From Myxococcales bacterium (GTDB lineage: Bacteria > Desulfobacterota > Binatia > HRBIN30), in assembly GCA_037445065.1 (NCBI GenBank), contig JBBILD010000007.1:32001-96000 (forward strand): DNA of 64,000 bases, given 5' to 3'. The notes below the pieces were generated by a model, which had not been told where the DNA came from, searched no databases, and was given only the letters and a program-made list of their open reading frames with translations. Below, piece after piece: positions 10,952 through 21,376 of this stretch. Made by a program: the position numbers and the translations under genes. Every line of letters starts with the position of its first letter. Position 1 is the stretch's first letter.

Positions 10952-12508
10952 TCAGCCGCCGCTCGCGCGAAGCGGCGCGGGCACGGGCTCCGGCAATTCA
11001 GGGAGCTCGCGCAAGAGCCGCTCGAGCCGCCGAGAAGTGTCGCGCATGTACTCGTAGAGGTGTTTGTGCAACAGCGCGAAAGTCACCGCGTCCCGAAACG
11101 CCGCCGGACGGCGCAGGAGTGTTTCGATGAGCAACGACAGCGTCATCCACGAGCGGCGCGGCGAGGCCTTGAGCACGCAGTGCCACAGCACCCGAGCGAA
11201 AATGGCGAGGTCCTGCGCCGATGTGACCAGGCGGCGTTCGACCAGTTTGCCGCGGTTCAAGATGAAGTCCATCACCCGCCTCCGGTAGCTGCGGTAGCTG
11301 TACAAGCGCTCGAGCAAGCTGCGATACCCGCGATAGAGGTCTGCCAGGCTCATCCCCGCCGGAACAATGTTGGTGAACACGAACTGATCCCCGACCGATT
11401 CCGCCACCAAACGCCCAGCCCGTTTGAGCCGCTCATAGAGCGGTGTTTTCGGCACCGCGTTCAGCATCCCGGTCATGGACACCGGAATCCGAGCCTGCTG
11501 GATGAATTGGTACTGCTCTTCGAAAATGCTCGGGTCGTCGTGATCGAAACCCACGATCATGCCGGCCATGACTTCGATGCCAGCACGCTGGATGCGGTGC
11601 ACGGCGTCGAGCAGGTTGCCGCGCAGGTTCTGCGTTTTGTGCGTCTCTTGCAGACTGGCCGCGCGCGGCGTCTCGATGCCGATAAAGATGGTGGTGAAAT
11701 TCGCTTGCCGCATGAGATCGAGCAATTCGTCGTCCTGCGCAACGTTGAGACTCACCTCCGTCATCATCTCGATCGGATAGTCGTTCTCCCGCTGCCATGC
11801 CGCGATGGCGCGCAGCAACTCTTTGGCTTCGCGCTTGTTGCCGATGAAGTTGTCGTCCACCACGAAGATGTTCCGCACTCCCAAGCGGTGGATCTCACGG
11901 ACTTCGGCCATGACTTGCTCCACGCTCTTGGTGCGCGGGCGCCGGCCGTACATGACGATGATGTCGCAAAACTCGCAGTTGAAGGGGCAGCCGCGGGCAA
12001 ACTGGATGGTCATGGTGCGGTAGCGATCGATCTTGAGAAGGTCGAAGCGAGGCAGGGGCGAGTCGCGCATGTCCGGCTTCTCCACTTGCCGGTACTCCTC
12101 CTTCCACTCGCCGCGCTGATAGTCGGCCAAAAACTGCGGCCAGGTGTACTCGGCCTCGTCAATGAAAATTACATCCACCTTCCCGCGCAGTTCCTCCGGA
12201 CAAAGCGAGGCAAACGGGCCCCCGACCACCACGAATTTGCCACGACGGCGAAACTCGGCCGCCAATTCGAAGATGCGCTGCTTGTGGACGACGTAGCCAG
12301 TGAGGCCGACAATGTCGGCGTCGGTATCGAAGTCTACCTCCTCTACGTTCTCATCGCACAGCACCACTTCGTGCTCGGGGGGCGTGATGCCGGCAACGGT
12401 GGGCAGGGAGAGATTGGGAAATACGCACTTCTTGCCCAAGGCGGGAAGGATGCGGTCGAAGGTCCAAAACGACTCCGGGTTCTTGGGCGCGATCAGGTAA
12501 ATCTTCAT
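10952..12508 (-). CDS. Cobalamin-binding radical SAM protein (DUF4070-type)
   Basis: N-terminal B12-binding domain (VVGGPFAS), CPFNCEFC, VDDNFIG and PKTPLYERL. Confidence 0.9.
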   Translation of the reverse strand: MKIYLIAPKNPESFWTFDRILPALGKKCVFPNLSLPTVAGITPPEHEVVLCDENVEEVDFDTDADIVGLTGYVVHKQRIFELAAEFRRRGKFVVVGGPFASLCPEELRGKVDVIFIDEAEYTWPQFLADYQRGEWKEEYRQVEKPDMRDSPLPRFDLLKIDRYRTMTIQFARGCPFNCEFCDIIVMYGRRPRTKSVEQVMAEVREIHRLGVRNIFVVDDNFIGNKREAKELLRAIAAWQRENDYPIEMMTEVSLNVAQDDELLDLMRQANFTTIFIGIETPRAASLQETHKTQNLRGNLLDAVHRIQRAGIEVMAGMIVGFDHDDPSIFEEQYQFIQQARIPVSMTGMLNAVPKTPLYERLKRAGRLVAESVGDQFVFTNIVPAGMSLADLYRGYRSLLERLYSYRSYRRRVMDFILNRGKLVERRLVTSAQDLAIFARVLWHCVLKASPRRSWMTLSLLIETLLRRPAAFRDAVTFALLHKHLYEYMRDTSRRLERLLRELPELPEPVPAPLRASGG

Positions 12509-12605
12509 ACCCTCGTCTCCTTCGCTGGCGTCCGAAAATGGGCTCCTTTGTACCCTACGGTTGCGAGCACGCCAAGCCGCTCGAAAGGTTTCTCTGCGCG
12601 CAAGC

Positions 12606-13103
12606 TCAGCCTCGCGCCGCACGTGCGATTGCGGCGCGCGCCAGCGCATCGCAACGTTCGTTCTCAGGATGGCCAGCGTGGGCGCGCAGCCAGTGCCAGT
12701 GCACCTCGTGGGTCTGACTCAAGCGGTCGAGCTCGCGCCACAAATCCGCGTTCTTCACAGCCTTGCGCCCCGCGGTGCGCCAGCCGTTGGCTTTCCAGCG
12801 CGGCAGCCACTCTGTCATCCCGCGCCGCAAGTACTCGGAGTCCGTGTACACGTGCACGCGGCACCTTCGCCGCAAGTGGCGCAGGGCTTCCACCGCAGCG
12901 CGCAACTCCATGCGGTTGTTGGTGGTCTCGGCCTCCGCACCGCTGATCTCCTTGCGCCGGTCGCCGTGGATCAAAATCGCTGCCCAACCGCCGGGCCCCG
13001 GGTTCCCGCTACACGCGCCGTCGGTGTATACGGTGACCAAAGGCAGCGCTGCTCCCGAGCCTGCTCGCTGCGCGGCTGCCTCGCTGCCCATGCCTGTACT
13101 CAC
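12606..13103 (-). CDS. rnhA: Ribonuclease HI
   Basis: Motifs [35 protein letters not shown] and [11 protein letters not shown]. Confidence 0.97.
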   Translation of the reverse strand: MSTGMGSEAAAQRAGSGAALPLVTVYTDGACSGNPGPGGWAAILIHGDRRKEISGAEAETTNNRMELRAAVEALRHLRRRCRVHVYTDSEYLRRGMTEWLPRWKANGWRTAGRKAVKNADLWRELDRLSQTHEVHWHWLRAHAGHPENERCDALARAAIARAARG

Positions 13104-14134
13104 TCGAGTCGCACGCGCTGGCGCTCTCCCCGCGGGCAGCGCACGATTTCGCCGACTCGGTAAGCGCCGATCCGCCGCCGCTTGAGCGCCTTCAGCACGG
13201 AAGCAGCATGCGCGGCAGCCACGACCAGCACGAAGCCCAGACCCATGTTGAAGGTGCGGTACATTTCTGCCTCGCTAACCTCGCCTAGCCGCTGCAAGGC
13301 GCGAAAAATCCCCGGCACTGGCCAGCTTCCCGTGCGCAGCACGGCGGCGCACCCAGGCGGCAAAACGCGCGGCAAGTTCTCCACGATGCCGCCGCCGGTA
13401 ATGTGCGCCATGCCTTTGAGCGCCGCACGCGGGAGGGCGCGCACCGCACGCACGTAAATGCGCGTGGGTTCCAACAGTTCCTGCGCGAGCGGGCGGCGCA
13501 ATTCGGGTAAGCGGGCGTCCAGCGGCAACCGGTGGCGCTCGAACAAGATGTGGCGAGCGAGCGAAAAACCGTTGCTGTGCAGGCCGCTAGAGGCAAGCCC
13601 GATCACTACGTCCCCCGGCACGATGCGACGGCCGTCTACGATCTGGTCCGCCTCCACCACACCCACCACGAAGCCGGCGAGATCGTACTCGCCGGGAGCG
13701 AAACAACCCGGGTGCTCCGCAGTCTCGCCGCCCACCAAGGCGCAGCCCGCCCGTTTGCAGCCCCGCGAGATACCGCGCAGCACAGCGCTGGCGACTTCCA
13801 CCTCCAGCCGCTCGGTCACGAAGTAATCCAAAAAGGCTAGTGGCTCAGCCCCCAAAGTGAGAATGTCGTTGGCGTTCATCGCCACCAGGTCAATGCCGAC
13901 CGTGTCGTGGCGGCCTGCCAAGCTGGCCACGTGGAGCTTGGTCCCCACCCCGTCCGTGGCCGCCACCAAGAGCGGGCGGCGATAACCGGCTGGGATGCGA
14001 AACACCGCTCCGAAGCCGCCCACCCCGGCGAGAATCTCGGGCCGCAAGGTCGCCCGTGCCCAGCGCTTGGCGGCCCTCGCGACGGCATCGCCGCGGGCGA
14101 TGCTGACCCCTGCCTGTTCGTATGTGAGCCCCAT
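13100..14134 (-). CDS. purM: Phosphoribosylformylglycinamidine cyclo-ligase (AIR synthetase)
   Basis: Motifs [34 protein letters not shown] and TFNMGLG. Confidence 0.97.
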   Translation of the reverse strand: MGLTYEQAGVSIARGDAVARAAKRWARATLRPEILAGVGGFGAVFRIPAGYRRPLLVAATDGVGTKLHVASLAGRHDTVGIDLVAMNANDILTLGAEPLAFLDYFVTERLEVEVASAVLRGISRGCKRAGCALVGGETAEHPGCFAPGEYDLAGFVVGVVEADQIVDGRRIVPGDVVIGLASSGLHSNGFSLARHILFERHRLPLDARLPELRRPLAQELLEPTRIYVRAVRALPRAALKGMAHITGGGIVENLPRVLPPGCAAVLRTGSWPVPGIFRALQRLGEVSEAEMYRTFNMGLGFVLVVAAAHAASVLKALKRRRIGAYRVGEIVRCPRGERQRVRLE

Positions 14135-14155
14135 GTGAGCCGCTCGTTCGCCCAA

Positions 14156-15820
14156 TCAGAAAGGCAGACGGTGGTCCTCCCCGGCCCACCGCTGGCACTT
14201 TTCGGGAGCACCGGCCCCCGACATTTCGAGCAGGCGGACGGCTTCAAACAACGTGCACATGACGTGGTCACCAATGGACGGACTGGCGTTAAAAATGGCG
14301 TTGTCGTTCTCGGGCGCCGCGGCGCGCACTTGTTCGTAGCCATCCTCGGGAGCAATGAGGTAGCCGAGCTGGTCGTTGGCGAGGCCGAAAACAAAGTGTT
14401 CCTGAGCCGGTACGCGTTCCACCAACTCGAAGCGGATCGCCGGGTAGCCCTCACCGGGAATGGCCGAAAACAGCAGCTCCCCGACTTGGAGCACCGAGGC
14501 GAAGGTGCCGATCAAATCGTTTTCGAGCCATGGTGGTACCGCGCTGCGGGAAATCAGCTGGCCCAAAACGGAAAGCTCGACCAGCGGGTTGGCAAAGCGC
14601 TCGCGCAAGAAGAGCTGGCGTGCCGCCAGGGTACGCCCCCGCACTGGCTCGAGGGCGCCAAGCGCTGCCCGCGTGCGTTCGAGCACGCGCTCCGAGTACT
14701 CTTGCAGTCGCTCCACATCGGGCAGATCGCCGCGGTCGGCCGGTTGTGTGCGACCAACGTCTCCCACCATCACCACCGCCCCCTGTAAGCCCAGCTCTTG
14801 CTGCAACGCCTCCGCCACCACACTGGGCCACTCGCCCGAAAGCAGCGTATTGCTGGCACCCATGACCGTGGCGTGCGCAGCAAAATTCACCAGCACCGCG
14901 CGCAATCGCTCCGGTTGCCCGGGAGCGGTGGCAACGAGCACGCGCAGGTCGCCGTCCACTCGATCGTTCGGCGGCGAGGAAAACTGGCTCCGCAGCAGCG
15001 GCGTGGCATCGGCCCGACCCACGTACAAGTCGGCAGGCTCGAGAGCGTTCCACGCGTCCACGATCGCTCCGACGGTTTGGTTCATCAGGAAGGCCATGTA
15101 CGCATTCGGCAAGCCGCCCCAAACGCCGGTGGTGTCCGGGCCCGCATGCGTGTGATTCGAGTTGATCACGATCTGGGTGGCAGGGATCGCGCCGCTGGTT
15201 GCTTGCTGGACAGCAAGTCGCGTCTCAGTGAGGCCGAAGGGCCCGCGCTTGTAGGCAGCGAAGGTTCCTTGCGTTTCGTTGGCTGCAAAGGCCACGCTGG
15301 TGTGGCCATCGGATAACACCCAAGCGCGCACGAAAATCGGTGCCAGCACACCGGTGGAGCGGCGCGAGGGGCCGAACCCGTACCCTCCCAAAAACACGCT
15401 CGAATCGGGGGTGATGTCACGCTGGGCCACCCCCACGTACCAACCGCTGCTCGAGGGAGGTAGCGAGGGTGACGGAGAGCCCAGGGGCGACGGAGTGACC
15501 GTGGCCGTGCCCGTCGCGGTGAGGGTCGGGGTCGGAGAGGAAATCACGCTGGGCGACACCGTCGGAGTGGCGGACACGGTTGGCGAGAAGCTCGCCGTGG
15601 TGGTGTGGGTGGGAGACGAGGCACGCGTGGGAGTAAAGCTCGGCTCTGGCGTAGGCGAAGGCACCAGCGGGCTCGCTGTCGGCGACGCTTGCGGCGTCGG
15701 CGTGAGCACAGCGCGGGTCGGCGTCGGAGCCGGTGCACCATCATCGTCCCCACAGCCGATCAGCGTCAAGGCCCACAGCCCGCACACGCCCAGCAACCCT
15801 AGCCGCGCAGCCATTCTCAT
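14156..15820 (-). CDS. Lipoprotein with a Pro/Thr/Ser linker and a neutral/alkaline ceramidase-like domain
   Basis: Lipobox LIGC-GDDDG, about 100-aa PTS-rich linker, then VGVAQRDITP, NHTHAGPD, NFAAHAT, IPGE and GLANDQLGY. Confidence 0.72.
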   Translation of the reverse strand: MRMAARLGLLGVCGLWALTLIGCGDDDGAPAPTPTRAVLTPTPQASPTASPLVPSPTPEPSFTPTRASSPTHTTTASFSPTVSATPTVSPSVISSPTPTLTATGTATVTPSPLGSPSPSLPPSSSGWYVGVAQRDITPDSSVFLGGYGFGPSRRSTGVLAPIFVRAWVLSDGHTSVAFAANETQGTFAAYKRGPFGLTETRLAVQQATSGAIPATQIVINSNHTHAGPDTTGVWGGLPNAYMAFLMNQTVGAIVDAWNALEPADLYVGRADATPLLRSQFSSPPNDRVDGDLRVLVATAPGQPERLRAVLVNFAAHATVMGASNTLLSGEWPSVVAEALQQELGLQGAVVMVGDVGRTQPADRGDLPDVERLQEYSERVLERTRAALGALEPVRGRTLAARQLFLRERFANPLVELSVLGQLISRSAVPPWLENDLIGTFASVLQVGELLFSAIPGEGYPAIRFELVERVPAQEHFVFGLANDQLGYLIAPEDGYEQVRAAAPENDNAIFNASPSIGDHVMCTLFEAVRLLEMSGAGAPEKCQRWAGEDHRLPF

Positions 15821-16339
15821 GGGTGCCTACCGTTACCAAGCCTACCCGCAAATTCCAACTACGCGAGATGGAACGATTGCGAAGGGTGAACGAGCTCTCC
15901 AACTCGAGATTTCCACACCGCAGCGGCGCCGCTGCCCGCACGCGCGGCACCGCTTACCCCGGGGACAACCCGCTTCGGGTTGCGGTCTGAAAAAGTAGGA
16001 GCTCCCGCCGCCCGCCGCTCGCGCGGCGAGGCGCGGCTTTCTCGTTTCGCGCTCGCAACGTGAGCGCCAGGGCGCACCCGTGGCCCGCTTCGGCAGCGTG
16101 CGCTGTTCTCGGCATTGCGAGCAGGTACAAGGCCTACCCCTACACAGCGAAGGCGGCGAGAACGTTCCCACAAAAACAGCTCAACCGCACCGGCGATTGT
16201 CTTTGCCGGTGTTGTCGCGCGCCCGCCTGCTCTGATCCCGGGAAAGGATTTGTCCGCGGAAGCGGCGACCTTTTCCCGTGCGAAACGGCTTCCTGGGGTG
16301 ACTTACGGGCGTGGCGGATCGCGTTGCGCAGCCCACCAA

Positions 16340-16368
16340 TTGCGCAGCCTACGTTCCAGCAATAGCGT
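16340..16368 (+). promoter_or_regulatory. Putative promoter giving a leaderless mRNA
   Basis: TTGCGC-N17-TAGCGT with the ATG 6 nt after the -10 and no SD. Confidence 0.45.
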
Positions 16369-16374
16369 ACGGGC

Positions 16375-16809
16375 ATGAACGAGGCAGAGGCACAACCCCT
16401 CTCGCAGCCACTCGTGCTGTACGACGGGGAGTGCGCGCTCTGCCACGCAACCGTGCGCTGGCTCCTCGCCCATGACACGCAACGGGTGTTGCGGTTTGCC
16501 CCTTTGCAAGGGAAAACCGCTGCACACTTGCGCGAACAAGGTCTGGCGCTCCCGCAGGGGCTGGACAGCGTGGTTCTCGTTACCCCGTCAGGCGACCGGG
16601 AAGCACGAGTGCTCGTGCGCTCGCGCGCGGTGCTGGCCCTGTGCGACCTCATCGGGTACCGGTCTTTCTCTGTGCGGCTTTTGCGCCTGCTGCCACGCGC
16701 CGCCACGGATGCTGCCTACCGCATAGTGGCAGCGACGCGTTATCGCATCTCCGGGCGCAGGGCGTGCCTTCTTCCCCCGGAGGCCGAGCGCGACCGGTTC
16801 CTTCCCTGA
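16375..16809 (+). CDS. DCC-family (DUF393) thiol-disulfide oxidoreductase
   Basis: LYDGECALC (DxxCxxC), LRFAPLQ and YRIVAATRY. Confidence 0.9.
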   Translation: MNEAEAQPLSQPLVLYDGECALCHATVRWLLAHDTQRVLRFAPLQGKTAAHLREQGLALPQGLDSVVLVTPSGDREARVLVRSRAVLALCDLIGYRSFSVRLLRLLPRAATDAAYRIVAATRYRISGRRACLLPPEAERDRFLP

Positions 16810-17069
16810 AGCGGCCCGAATCGGGGACGCCGCCAACGCGGCGAGCTAGGCGGGCAGTTCCTCGAGGGCGACCCGCGCCCCGGGGCAAGCAGCCGGAGGA
16901 TCGCCGAACCCGTTGCGGCTGGGCGGGCGGAAGAGCGGTCTGCCCAGCTTCGATTCCTCGGAGCTTGGTTCGCGCCCACGACGATGCGCGGGCCCGTGTC
17001 GTCGTGCTCGGGCAGCAACCCGTACCCCCAGGTGCAATCAGGCACACCCGCAGGCTGCCAATTCGTTTT

Positions 17070-17924
17070 TCACCCGCCGTTCCGGGGCATTCGGTGACCG
17101 CTCGCTTCCGAGCGGAAGGGCAGCGCGAGCATGCCGGGTAGATCCACGACCGCGCCGGGCTCGCGCAAGTCGGGGAGCCCGATCACCATTCGCTCGTGCC
17201 CGGCAGCGGGACGATCCTTGTAGGTGCCGAACAGGCGGTCCCAGAGCGACAAGTTGAATCCGAAGTTCCGGTTCGTCTCTTGGGCGTCGGTGGAGTGATG
17301 CACACGATGCATATCCGGGGTGACGATGACGCAGCGCAAGATGCGGTCCAGTGCGGGTGGCAGGCGGACGTTGCCGTGATTGAACATGGAAGTGGCGTTG
17401 AGCAAGACCTCGAAGGCGACCACCGCAAGCACCGGCGCCCCCAGGACCACGATGGCCGCTGACTTGATCAGCATGGAGAGAACGATCTCCAGCGGATGGA
17501 AGCGCACTCCTGTGGTCACGTCGAAGTCGAGATCGGCGTGGTGCACTCGGTGCAGCCGCCACAGCGGCGGTATCGAATGAAAGACCCGGTGCTGGAAGTA
17601 GACGATAAAGTCGAGCGCCACGACCGAGCCCGCAACCGCGCACCAGAACGGCAAGGGAACCTGATGCAACAGTCCCCATCCTCGCTGAGCCGCAAACAGC
17701 GCCACGCCTGCCGCTGCTCCCGGAAACAGCAGCCGCACGAGCAGCGTATTCACGAGCGAGATACCGAGGTTGCTCACCCAACGGCGGACCCACCGAATGG
17801 TGCGCTGGCGGCGCGGTGCACGAGTCTCCCAAGCCGCCATGGTGGCGAGCACGCCGAAAAACGCAGCCATCCTGATGAGCGGCTCGCTACTCCATACCAA
17901 CTCTGCCCAAAACGGATTGGTCAT
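17070..17924 (-). CDS. Sterol desaturase / fatty acid hydroxylase family membrane di-iron enzyme
   Basis: His boxes HRVFH, HRVHH, FNHGN and HRVHH; NFGFNLSLWDRLFGT. Confidence 0.92.
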   Translation of the reverse strand: MTNPFWAELVWSSEPLIRMAAFFGVLATMAAWETRAPRRQRTIRWVRRWVSNLGISLVNTLLVRLLFPGAAAGVALFAAQRGWGLLHQVPLPFWCAVAGSVVALDFIVYFQHRVFHSIPPLWRLHRVHHADLDFDVTTGVRFHPLEIVLSMLIKSAAIVVLGAPVLAVVAFEVLLNATSMFNHGNVRLPPALDRILRCVIVTPDMHRVHHSTDAQETNRNFGFNLSLWDRLFGTYKDRPAAGHERMVIGLPDLREPGAVVDLPGMLALPFRSEASGHRMPRNGG

Positions 17925-18207
17925 GGCCTTGCCCTGGGAGATTCCTTCGGCGCCTCGTTTACTTCACTTGTCGGGCCACAAGCGTAGCAATGGAACACAC
18001 TGGAGCAGAACTCTGTGTTCGCGATCACCACCCCAACCCAAGAGCATTACCAACTGGGTGCACCAGCCCTCGACCCAGTTGGGAGGGCGCCTCGCAGGCT
18101 TCCAACCGGGTGGTCTACGCCCCCGGCGTCCGCCTCAGCGATGGCTTGCGTGAGTCAGCCTTCCCGAGGCTCGCTTGCTGAACAAATCCTCGCTGGTACT
18201 GAGCCCC

Positions 18208-18969
18208 CTAGATTGAATATCGCCGATGTAAGAACCGCGGATGAGCATGAGCCCCTCCCGGATCACCATGTACTCCAGAGACGCGCTCAAAACCTGCCCA
18301 AGGCTCCGTGTACCGGGCTACCAGGAGCCACTGCGGAAAGACAGCGCAGCGAGTCGCGATGCGTTCCAACAATCCACCTCTTCCGAACCGATCGTAGTTG
18401 CCCCCGAAACCATGATCCTCCAGTACCACTGCAAAGGGTGGTGGGTGACCCGCGTCTTGACAGAACAAGGCATCGTAGGCCGCGATCCCATCCGCACCGA
18501 GGAAAACAATGGCGAGGCGGCGCGCGCCGTGGCTGTCGTCGAGTTCGCCGTGCCGTTGAAGAATTTCGAGAAATGCGAACGGCGAGTCCGCTGTGGCGGC
18601 AGCGCGGTATCGTTGCGGCGGCAACTCAGAGGCCCGGGCGTGGGGAATCCATTCTCCGGGGACGAGGTCGCGCGGGCGGAGCTGAATTCGAGCGACACTG
18701 TAATACCCGCGGAAGCCCTCGATCGGGTGTCCGAGTTTTGATTCGATCGTCAGCTGCGGCACGCCAAAATCAGCGTACACGAAGCAATGAGCGCTGTGTG
18801 TCGAACCGAATAGCATCACTGGGTGCCCGTCCGTCCCACAGCCGGGATAGTAGACTACCCGTGATGCAAAGAATTCGCGACGAGGAAATGGCATCCCGCG
18901 CTGAAACTGGTCAAGCCACACAGGAACCGGCTCGCGCATCTCTCGCAAGTACGCTCGCAAAGTCATCAT
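18208..18969 (-). CDS. Hypothetical protein
   Basis: 253-aa ORF with protein-like composition and a GGAG SD; the YYPGCGTD segment resembles a SAM-binding motif I. Confidence 0.65.
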   Translation of the reverse strand: MMTLRAYLREMREPVPVWLDQFQRGMPFPRREFFASRVVYYPGCGTDGHPVMLFGSTHSAHCFVYADFGVPQLTIESKLGHPIEGFRGYYSVARIQLRPRDLVPGEWIPHARASELPPQRYRAAATADSPFAFLEILQRHGELDDSHGARRLAIVFLGADGIAAYDALFCQDAGHPPPFAVVLEDHGFGGNYDRFGRGGLLERIATRCAVFPQWLLVARYTEPWAGFERVSGVHGDPGGAHAHPRFLHRRYSI

Positions 18970-19734
18970 ACTCCGAAGCCTCTCCGTGGTGTCACCCGCC
19001 GCCGTTGGGAATGCTTACTCCAACCGGTGTCGCTGTAGCAACACTCACCCAAGCAGCGGCGGCGAAAGGGGAAGTGCCTTTGCGCGAAAAAAAGGGTGAA
19101 GTCTTCACGCTGATGTTTTGTTTCGCTTCCGTGCACTGCGCTTAAGGGCAACTTCCGAAAACAGCCGCGCCTGTGCTCCGGGCAACGCCGGACCCGAATC
19201 AGCCAAACCACCACTTGCCTCACCGCCACGGACTCGGGCTGGGTAAGCTCTTGCCGCGCCAAGTTGGAAGGTCCACGCCAGAGGGCCTCTGCTGGATGCC
19301 AGCCGCACGTGCCCCCTCAAGAGCGTGATGAAAGCCGACGGCGCCACGCAGGCACATGGGACAACGCAAACGGGCTTCCGTGCCAGCTTCGGACGACCGC
19401 GGCGGAAGAAGACCGAGACTCTGCAGCTCTGAAGCCCAGTGCAAAAAGCCCTGATCCCCTTCGCGGGGGCGACGCCGAGGTGCGCCGGCAAGGCGCGGCT
19501 TGGTCTGTAGGCGGCACAACACGCCTGGAGCCGTTTCGCAACGTGGACGGCGATACGGCGCACTTACCGCGCAGTTATCGTGCAACGCAGGGCCTCTCGC
19601 GATCGAATCGTTCGCCAACGCCTCCACAACTCCCCGAACAGGGGTTTCCTAACTCAGGAGAAATGCTTACATAGGCGCCGTTTTTCAGCGTCCAAAGCGA
19701 ACCTGTTCGCGGCGACAAGAAGGAGACATCTCGA

Positions 19735-20250
19735 ATGGGAACGACCAAAGGGTTGATTCGCGCGATGAATAAGAAGGGAACGCGCAAGACCAAGAAGCCA
19801 GCCGTGGCCGTCAAAATGCTTCCACCGCCCGACCCATCCTGCTGCGAGCGTTGCGGGGCGCTGTACACCAAACAAGCCTGGCGGCGGGCTGGGGAGCGTT
19901 CCCATTCCCTGCTGCAGAAAGTGCACTGGACGGTCTGTCCGGCGTGCAAGCAAGCCGAACGAGGCGAGTATTTTGGCCGCGTGGTCGTGCGCGGCCGCTT
20001 TGCCGCCGAACACGAGGATGAAATTCGGCGGCGGATTCGCAACATCGAAGAGCGTGCCCGCTTCACGCAACCCTTGCGCAAAGTGGTGGCAGCCGAGCGC
20101 ACCGGCGATGTGTTCGAGGTGTACACCACCTCCCAGAAGCTTGCGCATCGGATCGTGCACGAACTCAAGAAACTCTACAAAGGCAAAGCCACGTACCGCT
20201 GGTCGCCCGACGACGGCTGCTTGTACGCGACTTGGGAGCGGGACGAATAA
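19735..20250 (+). CDS. BCAM0308-family (NMD3-like) Zn-finger protein
   Basis: CERCGA..W, CPACK, IRNIEE...PLRKV, TTSQKLAHRI..LKKLYKG and a C-terminal WER; AAGGAG SD. Confidence 0.8.
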   Translation: MGTTKGLIRAMNKKGTRKTKKPAVAVKMLPPPDPSCCERCGALYTKQAWRRAGERSHSLLQKVHWTVCPACKQAERGEYFGRVVVRGRFAAEHEDEIRRRIRNIEERARFTQPLRKVVAAERTGDVFEVYTTSQKLAHRIVHELKKLYKGKATYRWSPDDGCLYATWERDE

Positions 20251-20272
20251 AGCCTCCAGGAAGGGGGTTCGT

Positions 20273-20491
20273 ATGGCTGAGGTGATCGACTTGCGCACGC
20301 GCCGCCCGAAAAAACCGGGCAGTGGTGCCCGCTTCGTTCATTGTGCGTACTGCGGGGAGCGACACCCGATCGTGCGCTTGGCCGACGGGACCGACTCGTG
20401 TCCCACTGCGTTCTCGGATGGCGGGCTCTGGTTCTGCCGCAACCGCGGCTGCCGTTCGTCGTACTTCACTCCGCGCCGCCCGCAGAACTGA
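20273..20491 (+). CDS. Small Cys-rich hypothetical protein (72 aa)
   Basis: MAEVIDLR..., HCAYCGERH and WFCRNRGC; fills the gap between two co-directional genes and has a G-rich SD. Confidence 0.65.
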   Translation: MAEVIDLRTRRPKKPGSGARFVHCAYCGERHPIVRLADGTDSCPTAFSDGGLWFCRNRGCRSSYFTPRRPQN

Positions 20492-20500
20492 GGGTCAGAG

Positions 20501-21376
20501 GTGAAAAAGCGCGCGATCTTCCCCATGCCCGAGGCGCGCAGCTTTGGGCGCCGCCTCGCCAACAGGGGGCGAATCGCCCTGGGGCGGGTTACGCGGCACG
20601 AGTTTCCCGACGGCGAGAGCTTGGTGCGCGTACCGAGCCCAGCCGCGAATCAAGCCGTGGTCGTGCAGTACTTGCACCAACCGAATGCGAAAGTCCTCGA
20701 CACGTTGCTTGCCGCCGACGCGTTGCGGCAGGCGCGGGCAGAACGAGTGGTACTGGTAGCGCCGTACTTGCCGTACATGCGCCAGGATTCCGTGTTCGAA
20801 CCCGGCCAACCCGTATCGCAAAAGGTGTTCGGCAAACTCTTGCAGGTGGGCTTCGATGCTGTGCTGACGGTCGAGCCCCATTTGCACCGCGTGCAGCGTT
20901 TCGGCGAAGTGGTGCGGGGCCGCGCCGTGTCGGCCGCACCAGCGATCGCGCGCTGGCTCGAGCGAAAGTTCCCCGATGCGTGGATCGTGGGGCCCGATGC
21001 CGAGTCGGAGCGGTGGGTTCGCCCCGTGGCGCGAACGCTGCGCCAACCATGGATGGTCGGCAAGAAACAGCGACTCGACGAGCGCACGGTGCGCATTCAG
21101 TTTCCGCGCATCCCGCGCGGCGCGCGTGTGGTGCTCGTAGATGACATCGTGAGCAGCGGCGCCACGCTCGTTGCCGCGGCCCGTGCCCTGCGCCAGGCAG
21201 GGGCGAGCGAAATCCATGCAGTAATGGTGCACGCGCTCTTCGACCTAGAGACCGCCAAAGCCATGCGCGCAGCTGGAATTCAGCGCATCGCCTCCTGCGA
21301 CACCGTCCCGCATCCGACCAATCGGATCTCTTGCGTGCCCGAAATCCTGCAGGCTTTGCAACGCGTGCTGGCATGA
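20501..21376 (+). CDS. prs: Ribose-phosphate pyrophosphokinase (short, archaeal-like type)
   Basis: Motifs FPDGES, APYLPYMRQD, GPDAES and the PRT loop VLVDDIVSSGAT. Confidence 0.9.
   Translation: MKKRAIFPMPEARSFGRRLANRGRIALGRVTRHEFPDGESLVRVPSPAANQAVVVQYLHQPNAKVLDTLLAADALRQARAERVVLVAPYLPYMRQDSVFEPGQPVSQKVFGKLLQVGFDAVLTVEPHLHRVQRFGEVVRGRAVSAAPAIARWLERKFPDAWIVGPDAESERWVRPVARTLRQPWMVGKKQRLDERTVRIQFPRIPRGARVVLVDDIVSSGATLVAAARALRQAGASEIHAVMVHALFDLETAKAMRAAGIQRIASCDTVPHPTNRISCVPEILQALQRVLA

Noticed and set aside
15821..16340. Hairpins and short ORFs in the intergenic gap
   Set aside because: The stems are short and expected at this GC content; no recognisable RNA family or protein.
18970..19730. 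FNR/CRP box or c-di-GMP riboswitch upstream of the BCAM0308-like gene
   Set aside because: No TTGAT-N4-ATCAA, TGTGA-N6-TCACA or GEMM consensus found by eye.
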